A stretch of DNA of 64,000 nucleotides from Arenicella sp. (GCA_047614925.1 JBLHIE010000002.1:314-64313); one strand, 5' to 3'. Positions 41,026 through 52,123 are shown, counted from the first letter of the stretch. Notes: a model not told the origin generated them from the sequence alone. Numbers and translations are program-made.

Positions 41026-41424
41026 ATGTTTAAAGAAGGAACAAAACTATTTAGCATTCTTAAAATGAGTTGTCCTAAATGCAATAAAGGACGTTTTTTT
41101 GAAAGTCATCCTTACAATTTTAAAAAATTGGGAACTGTAAAAAAGAAGTGCAATAATTGCGGTTTAAAATACAATTTAGAACCAGGCTTTTTTCAAGGAT
41201 CTTATTATGTTTCTTATGGCTTAGGAATTGCTTTATTTGTTGCCGTATTTGTCTTAAAAATGCTAATTTTTCCAGAACTACCCTACCTTTCTACTTTAAT
41301 TTTAATGGTAGTTACTTTGCTTGTTTTAGCTCCTTTATTATTTGCATTTTCTAAAATTATATGGATTAATCTATTTATAAATTACGACAAGTCTTTTTTA
41401 AAAGAAAAAAATAAATCGCACTAA
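41026..41424 (+). CDS. DUF983 family zinc-ribbon membrane protein
   Basis: CPKC...CNNC, EPGFF.G.YYVSY, two TM helices. Confidence 0.85.
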   Translation: MFKEGTKLFSILKMSCPKCNKGRFFESHPYNFKKLGTVKKKCNNCGLKYNLEPGFFQGSYYVSYGLGIALFVAVFVLKMLIFPELPYLSTLILMVVTLLVLAPLLFAFSKIIWINLFINYDKSFLKEKNKSH

Positions 41425-41538
41425 ACTGCATGAAAAAGAGCTTAAAACCTCTTTTCTGTTTTTTGCGAATGAACGCGGATAAAAGCAAACTATTATCTCA
41501 ATTCATTAAATGTATTTATATTGCAGAAAATCTAAAAA

Positions 41539-42624
41539 TTGAAAAGAATTCTAGTAAGTGTTACAAATGATATCGCGACAGACCAAAGACTAGCTAAAGT
41601 TTGTGATACTTTAATTCAAAATAACTTTGAAGTTTTATTAATAGGAAGAAAACTAAAAAACAGTATCCCTTTAAGTAGAAACTACAAAACAAAAAGATTT
41701 CAATTACTATTTAATACTGGTTTTCTCTTTTTTGCAGAATACAATCTTCGATTATTTTGCTACTTACTATTCACAAAAAAAGATATCTTATTATCAAATG
41801 ATTTGGATACACTGCTACCAAATTACTTGGTGAGTAAACTTCAGAATAAAAAAATTGTTTTTGACAGTCATGAGCTTTTTCCTGAAATCCCGGAGCTAGT
41901 CCACAGACCTAAAGTAAAAAAAGTTTGGCTTGCTTTAGAAAATTGGATTTTGCCAAACCTAAAAAATAACTATACAGTTTGCAATAGCATTGCATCCTTT
42001 TACAAAGAAAAATACAACACTCATTTTAAAACAATCAAGAACCTTCCCACTAAAAAAGAAATAAATAAAGGTGCTTTTTCTTTTGACACAAAGGATGAAA
42101 AAATAATTTTATACCAAGGTGCATTGAATATTGGACGAGGTTTAGAGTTAATGATTGAAACCATGCGTTTTTTAGAAAATCATTTACTAGTGCTTATTGG
42201 AGATGGAGATATTCGTGCGTTTCTAAAAGAGAAAGTTTCCACAGAAAACCTAAACAGCAAAGTTGTATTCTTAGGTAAAATTTCACCTAAAGAATTGCAT
42301 AAACTAACACCTTTAGCAGACATAGGACTTAGCTTAGAAGAAGATTTAGGATTGAATTACAGGTTTGCTTTACCGAACAAAATATTTGATTACATACAGG
42401 CAGAGGTGCCAATTCTAGTTTCTAATTTACCTGAAATGAGCCAAGTTATCTCGACATATAACGTTGGTGAGATTCTAAAAAACAGCACTCCTGAGAAACT
42501 CGCAAAGCAAATAAAAAAAGTTTTAGAAAAAGAGTATACTACAGAATTAAAGTTAGCAAAAGAAATACTAACCTGGGAGCAACAAGAAGCGGAGTTAATA
42601 GCGATATTTCGTAATTTAAAATAA
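41539..42624 (+). CDS. Glycosyltransferase (GT4-like)
   Basis: SVTND..TDQR, FDSHE, YQGALN, ALPNKIFDYIQAEVP. Confidence 0.85.
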   Translation: MKRILVSVTNDIATDQRLAKVCDTLIQNNFEVLLIGRKLKNSIPLSRNYKTKRFQLLFNTGFLFFAEYNLRLFCYLLFTKKDILLSNDLDTLLPNYLVSKLQNKKIVFDSHELFPEIPELVHRPKVKKVWLALENWILPNLKNNYTVCNSIASFYKEKYNTHFKTIKNLPTKKEINKGAFSFDTKDEKIILYQGALNIGRGLELMIETMRFLENHLLVLIGDGDIRAFLKEKVSTENLNSKVVFLGKISPKELHKLTPLADIGLSLEEDLGLNYRFALPNKIFDYIQAEVPILVSNLPEMSQVISTYNVGEILKNSTPEKLAKQIKKVLEKEYTTELKLAKEILTWEQQEAELIAIFRNLK

Positions 42625-43443
42625 CTATTTTTTATACTGATGTGGATTTTCTCTAATCCCTTTTTTGAATATTTTACGCATACTAGACCTAAGACCGTTG
42701 TCTGCTCTCAAAAATAAATCTCTTACTTTTTCTGAAGACCTTCCTCTAAAAGTGGTTACGTGAAATGTATCTGATTCTAAAAAAGGCTGTTTGGAAAAAT
42801 AGTAGTTCGAAACGCAACAGCGCACATCTTCTTTTAAAACTTTACTTACTGAATGCCAAGATTTTTGATGTGTAGTCATCACCACCAACCTATTAAACTT
42901 ACTTTCTATAGTAGTTTGCGCTTGTTCTAATCCGTTTGGCCAAATCTCTAAATTACCACCATTTTCTTGCGTCCAATTCGGAGTTACATAATACAACAGG
43001 TTTAAAACACGCCATCTATTTCTATCTTTGTCATGTGAATTGTCTAAATGAGGATTCAAAAAATTATCTTTTCCCATTAGAGACAAGCCACCAGCATATA
43101 ATTTTTCATCACCAAACACTTCTTCCAATTCACAAATTTCTGCTATCAACTGAATTATTTTGTCATCCTGAAAGGCATAAATTATTTGTTCTAAAAGAGC
43201 ATCATATCGATCCATTTGATACGCTGTAAATTTAAATTCACGTAAATTTTTCTTTCGTACGGCCCTGTCTGTCGTTGGGAATTTATTGTAAATTTCTAAC
43301 GCCAATGCTTCAGGTAATAAGTCATCAATAAAAAAATAACCAATAGTCGCTTTCGATTTTAAAAACTGAGTTTTTAAAAGTTCTTTATGCTCCTTTAAGT
43401 TGTTGTAAATAAGCTGTACTATCTCGGTTTTAACAATCTTCAT
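42625..43443 (-). CDS. 2OG-Fe(II) oxygenase
   Basis: LNPHLD (HxD), LNLLYY, GGNLEIW, FNRLVV, SWHSV...R. Confidence 0.9.
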   Translation of the reverse strand: MKIVKTEIVQLIYNNLKEHKELLKTQFLKSKATIGYFFIDDLLPEALALEIYNKFPTTDRAVRKKNLREFKFTAYQMDRYDALLEQIIYAFQDDKIIQLIAEICELEEVFGDEKLYAGGLSLMGKDNFLNPHLDNSHDKDRNRWRVLNLLYYVTPNWTQENGGNLEIWPNGLEQAQTTIESKFNRLVVMTTHQKSWHSVSKVLKEDVRCCVSNYYFSKQPFLESDTFHVTTFRGRSSEKVRDLFLRADNGLRSSMRKIFKKGIRENPHQYKK

Positions 43444-43498
43444 AAATCTTTATAAAAGTATAAATATATTCATTTTTTAAATTTTACATTTGTATTTA

Positions 43499-44614
43499 AT
43501 GAAAAAAAGCATTCATCTTGTTTCCTTCGATATTCCTTACCCACCGAATTATGGTGGAATTATTGATATTTTTTTTAAAATAAAAGAACTGCACAAACAA
43601 GGTATTCAAATCTATTTGCACACCTACCTTTTTGATGATAAAACAACCCAGCCTGCGTTAGAAAAATATTGCGAAAAGGTATTTTACTACCAACGCAAAA
43701 ATAGTTTTTTGTCTTTATTCTCTCGATTACCCTTTAGGGTTCAAAGTAGAAGCTGTAAGAAATTGATTACAAATTTAAAAAAAACGCCGTTTCCTATAAT
43801 TTTTGAAGGTTTACATACGGCATATCCACTTACAAAACACCACTTTAAAAACACCTACGTTAGAGCGCACAACATAGAGCACGATTATTTTTTCGGATTG
43901 TCTAAAAGTGAAAAAAACATATGTAAGAAGTTGTTTTTTTATCTAGAGGCTATCAAGCTTAAAAAGTTTGAAAATATCTTAAAAAAGACAACGGGTATTT
44001 TCTCAATTTCCCCTTTTGAACAAGCCTATTTTTCTAAAAAGTATGGAAAAAAAGCCGAGTATATTCCTGTATTTCATAGTGCTAAAAAAGGAATTTTTAC
44101 AGAAGAAAAGGGTGATTTTATTTTATACCATGGCGATTTAAGAATTTCGGATAATGTAAGAGCCGCTTTGTTTTTAATTGACGCATATAAAGAAACTCCG
44201 TATCAATTTTTAGTTGCGAGTAGCTGCAAGAATAAGGCTGTTCTAAAGCAAATTAAAAAACATCAAAACATCGGTTTTAAAGAGATTCCCAATCAAGAAA
44301 GTTTAGATATTTTATTTCAAAAGGCACAAGTTAACACCTTATTTACTTTTCAAAAAACAGGTATTAAATTAAAGTTACTGCATACTTTATACCAAGGAAG
44401 GCATGTGATTTCAAACTCTGCAATGATTGAAGATACGGGTCTCGAGGCCTTGTGCAAACTGGCAAACACTAAAAAACACCTCTTAGAAAAAACAGCCCAA
44501 CTATTTGAACAACTATTTTCTAATGAACAGATGACAGCGCGCCAAGAGAAATTGTTAGGTTTTAATCCTGAAGAAAATGCTAAAAGAATAACCTCAATTA
44601 TTTTTAAACACTAG
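43499..44614 (+). CDS. Glycosyltransferase-like protein (GT-B fold)
   Basis: PYPPNYGG, HNIEHDY, TGIKLKLL; start at ATG 43499 after a TACATTTG box. Confidence 0.75.
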   Translation: MKKSIHLVSFDIPYPPNYGGIIDIFFKIKELHKQGIQIYLHTYLFDDKTTQPALEKYCEKVFYYQRKNSFLSLFSRLPFRVQSRSCKKLITNLKKTPFPIIFEGLHTAYPLTKHHFKNTYVRAHNIEHDYFFGLSKSEKNICKKLFFYLEAIKLKKFENILKKTTGIFSISPFEQAYFSKKYGKKAEYIPVFHSAKKGIFTEEKGDFILYHGDLRISDNVRAALFLIDAYKETPYQFLVASSCKNKAVLKQIKKHQNIGFKEIPNQESLDILFQKAQVNTLFTFQKTGIKLKLLHTLYQGRHVISNSAMIEDTGLEALCKLANTKKHLLEKTAQLFEQLFSNEQMTARQEKLLGFNPEENAKRITSIIFKH

Positions 44615-45290
44615 CTTGTTGGGCGACTTCAAATAGTTTACCGCCTTCACACTTTAATGTTTTCTGCTTAAATTTTACAATTAATTGATAATCGTGGGTA
44701 GCCATTATAATGGTTTTTCCGTTTTTAGAAATTTCATTTAAAAGCTCCATCACCTCCATAGAAGTTTTTGGATCTAAATTACCTGTTGGCTCATCTGCCA
44801 ATATCAATTCTGGATCGTTTAAAAGTGCTCTTGCAATAGCAACTCTTTGTTGCTCTCCTCCAGAAAGTTCGAATGTGTTTTTATAATATTGAGACTTTAA
44901 CCCTACTTTATCTAACACTTCATGAATTTTTTCTTTCATGAGTTCATTGTCCTTCCAACCAGTTGCTTTTAAAACAAACTTTAAATTTTCGAATACATTT
45001 CTGTCATTTAACAATTGAAAGTCTTGAAAAACAATGCCTATTTTTCTTCTTAAAAACGGAATTTGCTTTTCTTTTAATCCTATCAAATCAAAGCCTACAA
45101 TACTTCCAGCTCCTTTCCGTAGGCGCAAGTCGCCATAAAGCGTTTTCATTAAGCTACTTTTTCCACTACCCGTTTTACCTATTAAATAACAAAATTCTCC
45201 TTTGTTGATTGTTAAGTTCACGTTAGAAAGGACTAAGTTATCTCTTTGATAAATTTCTGCATTTTCTAGATGTAAAACAAGATTGCTCAT
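44604..45290 (-). CDS. ftsE: FtsE-like ABC ATP-binding protein
   Basis: GKTGSGKS, PFLRRKIGIVFQDFQLL, LSGGEQQR, ADEPTGNLD, ATHD. Confidence 0.85.
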   Translation of the reverse strand: MSNLVLHLENAEIYQRDNLVLSNVNLTINKGEFCYLIGKTGSGKSSLMKTLYGDLRLRKGAGSIVGFDLIGLKEKQIPFLRRKIGIVFQDFQLLNDRNVFENLKFVLKATGWKDNELMKEKIHEVLDKVGLKSQYYKNTFELSGGEQQRVAIARALLNDPELILADEPTGNLDPKTSMEVMELLNEISKNGKTIIMATHDYQLIVKFKQKTLKCEGGKLFEVAQQASV

Positions 45291-45450
45291 AGTATTGGGT
45301 AGTTTTTACAAACTTAAAAGTTTCTGACGATTTTTTACTACGAATTGACAACAATTCTTACTTTTGATTAAAAGTTTAAGATTCTTTTGTTACTCTTTCA
45401 AACAAAACAGAGAATTATTCGTTATCTATCTTGAGAATAAAAAAAATTAT

Positions 45451-48400
45451 ATGAACTATCGTTTTTTAAAAAAAGTGATCCCTTCCTTATGTATTCTATT
45501 GGTTACTGCTACCTCTTTTTCGCAACAAACCATTGCAGATGCCACAGCGTTAACCAACTATAACAATGCTTTAAATTTATACAATACAAAAGCCTATGCT
45601 GCAGCACAAAAAACATTTGCTACCGTTTTTCAAAGAGGTGCTATTGGCTCTAATCTAAAAGCCGATGCTTCTTATTACGAAGCAATGTGTGCCGTAAAAC
45701 TACAACAACCAAATGCCGCTAAAAAGGTACTTTCTTTTGTTGCCAACAATCCGAATAGTACTAAAAAAAATACTGCTTTTTTTAATGTAGCAAATTATTA
45801 TTTTGCTAATAAAAAAACAGCGCATGCACTAAAATGGTATCAAAAAGTGGCTATTGAAGACCTTTCTATAGACAACCAGAAAGAATTGAACTTTAAAATG
45901 GGCTATTGCTTTCTAAACACCAACAATTTAACGCGGGCAAACAAACGCTTTCTACCCCTAATTAATGACGCCAAATACGGAAACGATGCTCGGTATTATT
46001 ATGGTTTTATAGCATACAAACAAGAAGATTATGATCTTGCAGAAACTACTTTAAAAGAAATTGCAGACAATGCATCTTACCGCGCAGAAATTTCTTATTA
46101 CCTGCTAGATATTAATTTTAAAGCTGGGAAATTTAAGCGTTGTATTAAAGTTGGATTAGAGTTACTTCCAACAATAGAGAAAAAATTAAAATCTGACGTT
46201 TCTAAAATTATAGGCGAAAGCTACTTCAACCTTAAAGAATACACTGCGGCAATTGCCTATTTAAAGAGCTATAAAGGACCCCAAGGAAAATGGAATAATA
46301 CCGATTTTTATCAATTAGGATACGCCTATTTTAAACAAAATGATTTTAAAAATGCGGTAGATAATTTCAATAAAATTATTGATAAAAAAAATGCAGTTTC
46401 TCAAAACGCTTATTATCACTTAGGGGAGTGTTATATGAAACTAGAAAAAAAAGCGGCAGCATTAAATGCTTTTAAATCTGCTTCGAAAATGAGTTTTAAT
46501 ACAAATTTACAGGAAGACGCAGCCTTAAACTACGCCAAACTAAGTTATGAAGAAGGCAACCCTTTTGAAGCCATATCGAAAGTTCTACAGCATTATTTAA
46601 AAACATACCCTAAATCGAAAACCTATAGCGAAATAAATGAGCTATTGGTTTCTTCATTCTTAAATCAGCAAGATTACAAAGGAGCTTTGCAATTTTTATC
46701 TGAAAAGAAATCTGAAGAAAATACAGCCTTCAGTCAAGAAATTTCTTTGTATCGTGGCATTCAATTATTTAATGAAAATAACTACAAGGAAGCCTTGGTG
46801 TTGTTTATCGAAGGAAAAAAATCTAAAACGACTGAAATAAGCCAAAAATCTAAATATTGGGAAGCTGAAACCTATTATAATTTAGAGGATTACACAAACG
46901 CTTTAACAAAGTTTAATACTTTAAATATCTTTTTAAAATCTAAAAAAATAGACAATTTTATCTTCATAGATTACAACATTGGTTATTGTTATTTTAAATT
47001 AAAGGAATACTCAAAAGCCGCTGAATATTTTGAGGTCTTTTTAAGCAAAACAACAATTCCAGAAGCTTTAAAATCCGATGCTTTTATTAGACTTGGAGAC
47101 AGTTATTTTGCCTTAACAAATTACAAAAAAGCAATTTTAGCCTATAAAAAAGTAGCCGCCAATAATGGTGACGGTGCAGATTACGCTACCTATCAGGCAG
47201 GAATGAGTAGTGGCTTTACAGCGGAAAATGAAGCAAAAATAGCAGCACTTAAAACAATGATTAATAAGTACCCAACATCTCACTTAATAGACGACGCATT
47301 GTACCAATTGGGCAATACCTATTCTTCACTAAAAGATCCTGAAAATGCGCACATTGCCTATAATAGATTGGTAGAAAAACATCCAAAAAGTATCTTTTTG
47401 TCTCGAACACTGTTAAGACAAGGTTTGTTGTATTTTAATAGTAATTCTTACAAAGCATCTTTAACAAAATACAAAAAAGTAACCGTAAAATTCCCGAATT
47501 CTCCTGATGCCCTAGAAGCTGTTACCAATGCGAGAAAGGTGTATATAGAAGAAGGAAACTTAGAGGATTATGTTACTTGGATCGCCACTTTACCGTTTAT
47601 AAACAGTACGAATGCAGCCTTGGAGAACACCACTTTTGCAATAGCAGAAAAAAAGTATTTAGAAAATAAAATCGCAAAAAAAACCATAGAAAGTCTTGAA
47701 AAATACAATAAAACGTTCCCAGAAGGAAGTCATAAAATAAAAGCGAATTACTATTTAGCAGACGTTTATTTTAAGGAAAATGAATTTGAAAAAGCAATAC
47801 CCTATTATGTTTTTAGTATTGATGAAAAGGGTTCGGAATATGCCGAAGATGCCTTAAATAAATTAGCTCAAATCTATTTAAATAAAAACGATTTTGAAAC
47901 CGCACTTCCTATTTTAAAAAGGTTAGAAGAAGAGGCTTATATTTCAGAAAATATTCTTTTTGCACAGAGTAACTTAATGAAAGGTTATTCTGAAACAGCA
48001 GCCTATGAATTTGCAATAGCATATGCAAAACTGCTGTTAGGAAAAGACAAAATAGACACTGGATTAGAAAATGATGCTAAAAAAATAATTGCAAGAGCTG
48101 CTATTAAAACCCAAGACTTTACTACCGCTAAAACGTATTACGCTGCAATAGAAAAGACGGCAAATGGCGCGCTAAAAGCAGAAGCTTTGTATTACAACGC
48201 TTTCTTTAAAAACAAACAAAAAGAATACGAAGCCTCTAATGAAACCATACAAGAATTAATTGCAGGATATACCACTTATAAATACTGGGCTGTAAAAAGT
48301 TATGTAATTATGGGTGAGAATTATTATGCTTTAAATGACATTTATCAGGCTACTTTTGTATTAGAAAATATCATAAAAAACTTCAAGGAGTTTGAAGACA

Positions 48401-48489
48401 TTCAAGAAGACACCCAAAAAGTTTTGAATACAATTAAAGAAAATCAGGCTAAAATAAATAATTCAGTAACTCCAGAAAAAAAGAACTAA
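45451..48489 (+). CDS. Large secreted tetratricopeptide repeat protein
   Basis: Signal peptide from ATG 45451; many TPR units (YQLGYAYF, YHLGECY, RLGDSYF). Confidence 0.9.
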   Translation: MNYRFLKKVIPSLCILLVTATSFSQQTIADATALTNYNNALNLYNTKAYAAAQKTFATVFQRGAIGSNLKADASYYEAMCAVKLQQPNAAKKVLSFVANNPNSTKKNTAFFNVANYYFANKKTAHALKWYQKVAIEDLSIDNQKELNFKMGYCFLNTNNLTRANKRFLPLINDAKYGNDARYYYGFIAYKQEDYDLAETTLKEIADNASYRAEISYYLLDINFKAGKFKRCIKVGLELLPTIEKKLKSDVSKIIGESYFNLKEYTAAIAYLKSYKGPQGKWNNTDFYQLGYAYFKQNDFKNAVDNFNKIIDKKNAVSQNAYYHLGECYMKLEKKAAALNAFKSASKMSFNTNLQEDAALNYAKLSYEEGNPFEAISKVLQHYLKTYPKSKTYSEINELLVSSFLNQQDYKGALQFLSEKKSEENTAFSQEISLYRGIQLFNENNYKEALVLFIEGKKSKTTEISQKSKYWEAETYYNLEDYTNALTKFNTLNIFLKSKKIDNFIFIDYNIGYCYFKLKEYSKAAEYFEVFLSKTTIPEALKSDAFIRLGDSYFALTNYKKAILAYKKVAANNGDGADYATYQAGMSSGFTAENEAKIAALKTMINKYPTSHLIDDALYQLGNTYSSLKDPENAHIAYNRLVEKHPKSIFLSRTLLRQGLLYFNSNSYKASLTKYKKVTVKFPNSPDALEAVTNARKVYIEEGNLEDYVTWIATLPFINSTNAALENTTFAIAEKKYLENKIAKKTIESLEKYNKTFPEGSHKIKANYYLADVYFKENEFEKAIPYYVFSIDEKGSEYAEDALNKLAQIYLNKNDFETALPILKRLEEEAYISENILFAQSNLMKGYSETAAYEFAIAYAKLLLGKDKIDTGLENDAKKIIARAAIKTQDFTTAKTYYAAIEKTANGALKAEALYYNAFFKNKQKEYEASNETIQELIAGYTTYKYWAVKSYVIMGENYYALNDIYQATFVLENIIKNFKEFEDIQEDTQKVLNTIKENQAKINNSVTPEKKN

Positions 48490-50252
48490 TGAAAAAAGGC
48501 TTTCTCATATACGTTATTTTAGTAGGTGCTTTTTCTGTAAATGCACAACAAAAATCAAGAGATACCATTGTAGCAACAGAAATTGTAAATGTAATTACCA
48601 AGTACAATCCTAAAATTGCAAATGCTCAAAAGATAAAAGAGGTTCCAAAAATAGAATTATTAGAAAAAAGTAACAAAAAAAAATTAACATATACCATTTT
48701 TTCTGCTCCTGTGGCATCTACATTTATTCCCAAAACAGGAGTTTCAAAAGGTATTAATGTTGGTGTAAAAGAAAGAATATATAACAACTATTTTGCAGGT
48801 GGATATGGTAATTATGCGAGTCCATATGCAGAATTATTTATCAATAAAACCAACCGTCTTAATAACGAATTTGGACTCCATGCAACATACAATGCTTCCG
48901 AAGAAAATATTAAAAATAGTGTTTTAAATAGTAATTTTTTAAATTTCAATATGACCACTTTTTTTAAACAGGAAGAAAGGTATTTTGATTGGAAGGTAAG
49001 TATAGATGCAGCACAAAACAACTACAATTGGTATGGTTTGCCGCAAGACAAAAGTTTTACAGAAAATACCATTAGCGCTATTCATGAAGCACAAAACTAC
49101 CGACATTTAAAATTAGTAGGAGGTTTTAAATTTCATGATTCTTATATAGATTTTGGTAAGGTTGCAGTTTCTTACTTTACTGATAAATTTAAAAGTAGCG
49201 AAGTGCTTGTTAATTTTGATGCAAACTTAGCCTTCCCTCTAGATTTCTTAAGCAGTAGTTTAAATGATATTTCTGTAGCTACGGGCATAGAATTTTTAAA
49301 AGGTTCTTTCCAAAATGACTATGCAAATGCGAGCAAAATAAACTACAATATTATCACTGCAAAATTAATACCTGAATATACCTTAAACTATTTAGGCATT
49401 TCTTTAAAAGCAAGCTTAAGGACTTTCATTTCTTTAGATATAGAGAACGCTGCAACAAACTTTTTTATGTTTCCAGATGTGTTTTTACAAACACGTATTC
49501 TTCAGAACTATATAAACGGATATGCGGGTTTTACGGGTAATTTAGAGACCAACACGTATCAAGAATTTACAGAAGAAAATCCGTATGTTTCTCCAACCTT
49601 ATTCATCACCCAAACCGCAGAATCTTCAAACTTCTTTATTGGTTTCAAAGGAAATATTAGCAAAAATATTAATTATAACCTGAAGGTAAGCATTAAAAAA
49701 GAAGAAGACAAACCATTATTTTTAAGAAACAATTCTAAATCAAACGGAATTACATCTACCGAAAATAGCCAACCTTTAAAGGGATATGAATACGGAAATT
49801 CTTTTAGCATCTATTATGATGATGTAAAATCTACCAGTATTTTTGCAGAGATTGAATATCTTTTTGACAAGAACTTAACCTTTACAACGCATATTAAATA
49901 CGACAACTACACCACTACAACGGCATTAGAAAACTGGAATTTACCAAGTTTACAAACGAGTATTTTAGCAAACTATACTTCAGAAAAATGGTATGCGAAC
50001 GCTACTATTTATTATGTAAGTGAACGAAAAGACGCGGTGTATACTACAACATTTCCTTCGAGTTTAAATGGCGCAGAAACGTTAAGTTCCTTTGTAGATG
50101 TGAACTTAAATGGCGGCTATCATTTTAACGATAAATTTTCTGCTTTTTTAAAGTTGAACAATATGTTAAATACAGAATACCAGCGCTTTGCAAACTTTAA
50201 TACACAAGGTTTTCAAGCGTTGGCCGGAATTACCTATAAGTTTGATTTTTAA
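48489..50252 (+). CDS. Outer-membrane beta-barrel protein (TonB-dependent-receptor-like)
   Basis: Signal peptide; C-terminal DVNL...LNNMLN...Y...GITYKFDF; overlaps the TPR stop (TAATG). Confidence 0.8.
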   Translation: MKKGFLIYVILVGAFSVNAQQKSRDTIVATEIVNVITKYNPKIANAQKIKEVPKIELLEKSNKKKLTYTIFSAPVASTFIPKTGVSKGINVGVKERIYNNYFAGGYGNYASPYAELFINKTNRLNNEFGLHATYNASEENIKNSVLNSNFLNFNMTTFFKQEERYFDWKVSIDAAQNNYNWYGLPQDKSFTENTISAIHEAQNYRHLKLVGGFKFHDSYIDFGKVAVSYFTDKFKSSEVLVNFDANLAFPLDFLSSSLNDISVATGIEFLKGSFQNDYANASKINYNIITAKLIPEYTLNYLGISLKASLRTFISLDIENAATNFFMFPDVFLQTRILQNYINGYAGFTGNLETNTYQEFTEENPYVSPTLFITQTAESSNFFIGFKGNISKNINYNLKVSIKKEEDKPLFLRNNSKSNGITSTENSQPLKGYEYGNSFSIYYDDVKSTSIFAEIEYLFDKNLTFTTHIKYDNYTTTTALENWNLPSLQTSILANYTSEKWYANATIYYVSERKDAVYTTTFPSSLNGAETLSSFVDVNLNGGYHFNDKFSAFLKLNNMLNTEYQRFANFNTQGFQALAGITYKFDF

Positions 50253-50308
50253 ATAAGATGCTTTCTCATTTCATTTTTGTAATTTTATAGCCAACTAATC
50301 AATGAATC

Positions 50309-51739
50309 ATGAAAAAATTATTATTCTTACTTACACTCTCTTTTCTTGTTGTTTCCTGCAATACAAAATCAGAACAAAAAACAGCTCAGAATCTTTCTTC
50401 TGAAGAAAAAATAGATTCAACACATGTTAAAACGCTATTTAACAGTGTTTTAGAAGATGGTAAATCTTATGAATGGTTAAGAGACTTAACACAGAATATT
50501 GGTGGTAGGTTATCAGGATCACCAGAAGCAGCAAAAGCAGTTGTTTGGGGAGAACAATTAATGAATTCAGTTGGTTTAGATTCTGTTTGGCTGCAACCTG
50601 TTATGGTACCTCATTGGGTTCGTGGCGAAAAAGAAATTGCTACTTATACTACAAACGGAAAACAAAAAAATGTACCTATTTGCGCTTTAGGCTTTTCTAT
50701 TGCTACGCCAGATACTGGTGTTTTTGCAGAAGTTCTCGAAGTAAATTCACTAGAAGAAGCAACTGCTTTGGGTGAGAAAATGAAAGATAAAATTGTGTTT
50801 TTCAACAGGCCTTTTGACAACACTTTAATTAATACATTTAGTGCTTACGGAGGCTGTGTAGACCAAAGAGTTCAAGGTGCTGCAATTTGTGGGGTATTTG
50901 GAGCGAAAGGTGTAATTGTGCGTTCTATGACAAATTCTGAAGACGATTTTCCACACACAGGAACTATGACATACAAGGATTTACCACAGGAACAATACAT
51001 TCCTGCTGCTGCAATTAGTAGCAAAGCTGCAACGACTTTAAGTGCAGATTTAAAAACAAATCCGAATTTAAAATTCTACTTTAAACAAAGCTGTGAAACA
51101 TTACCAGATGCACCCTCTTTTAATGTTGTTGGTGAAATTAGAGGAACAGAAACACCAGAAAATATTTTTGTGGTTGGTGGTCATTTGGATTCCTGGGATT
51201 TAGGAGAAGGAGCTCATGATGATGGAACCGGAATTGTACAATCTTTAGAGGTTGCTTATTTATTCAAAAAAAATAACATCAAACCAAAAAACACCATTCG
51301 CATTGTCTTTTTTATGAATGAAGAAAACGGAACGCGTGGAGCAAAGAAATATGCTGAATTGGCAAAATTTAATAAAGAGAATCATATTGGTGGTTTAGAA
51401 TCGGATGCTGGCGGACATACACCAAGAGGGTTTTCTATTCAAGCAAATGCATCGAATACTAAATTATTACAAAGCTGGAAAAAATTATTATCACCTTATG
51501 GTTTACATGATTTAGATGCCGGTGGTTCTGGTGCAGATATTTCTCCGTTAAAAGGAGAAGATGTAACCTTGGTTGGGTACAGACCTGATAGTCAGCGTTA
51601 TTTTGATTACCACCACACAAGCAGAGATACTTTTGATAAGGTAAACAAAAGAGAATTAGAATTGGGAAGCGCTTCTATGGCAAGTCTTGTTTATTTAATG
51701 GACAAGTACTTGTACAATAACATCGCTGTAAAACCATAA
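50309..51739 (+). CDS. M28 family peptidase (carboxypeptidase Q-like) lipoprotein
   Basis: IGGRLSGS, GGHLDSWD, GAHDDG, NEENG, ESDAG, YHH. Confidence 0.9.
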   Translation: MKKLLFLLTLSFLVVSCNTKSEQKTAQNLSSEEKIDSTHVKTLFNSVLEDGKSYEWLRDLTQNIGGRLSGSPEAAKAVVWGEQLMNSVGLDSVWLQPVMVPHWVRGEKEIATYTTNGKQKNVPICALGFSIATPDTGVFAEVLEVNSLEEATALGEKMKDKIVFFNRPFDNTLINTFSAYGGCVDQRVQGAAICGVFGAKGVIVRSMTNSEDDFPHTGTMTYKDLPQEQYIPAAAISSKAATTLSADLKTNPNLKFYFKQSCETLPDAPSFNVVGEIRGTETPENIFVVGGHLDSWDLGEGAHDDGTGIVQSLEVAYLFKKNNIKPKNTIRIVFFMNEENGTRGAKKYAELAKFNKENHIGGLESDAGGHTPRGFSIQANASNTKLLQSWKKLLSPYGLHDLDAGGSGADISPLKGEDVTLVGYRPDSQRYFDYHHTSRDTFDKVNKRELELGSASMASLVYLMDKYLYNNIAVKP

Positions 51740-51744
51740 TCCTT

Positions 51745-52107
51745 ATGGAAACTTTTGTACTTATTTTAAGAATTCTATTTGGTATCCTTTTCTGTTTTGC
51801 AGGAATCATGCATGTTTTCAAACCAAAGTTATTCAAGAATTTCATTCCCAATTTTCTTCCAAAATTAACCATCAATTATATTTTTGGAACCCTTGAGTTT
51901 ATGGTAGGATTCGGTTTATTTTTCACTGAAACCGTGAAAAATGCTACTGCAGGAATTTTTATCCTCATGCTTCTTTTTCTACCCATTCATATTTGGGACG
52001 CCACTAAAATTAGGCCAGCAATTGGTTCTAAAAAGATTGCTTTTATTAGAATTCCATTACAATTTTTACTGATGTACTGTGCGTATATTATGTACCTAAA
52101 CTCATAA
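51745..52107 (+). CDS. DoxX-like membrane protein
   Basis: AGIMH, G.LE..G.GL, RIPLQ; four TM helices. Confidence 0.8.
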   Translation: METFVLILRILFGILFCFAGIMHVFKPKLFKNFIPNFLPKLTINYIFGTLEFMVGFGLFFTETVKNATAGIFILMLLFLPIHIWDATKIRPAIGSKKIAFIRIPLQFLLMYCAYIMYLNS

Positions 52108-52123
52108 ATTAAAGAATCACAAA

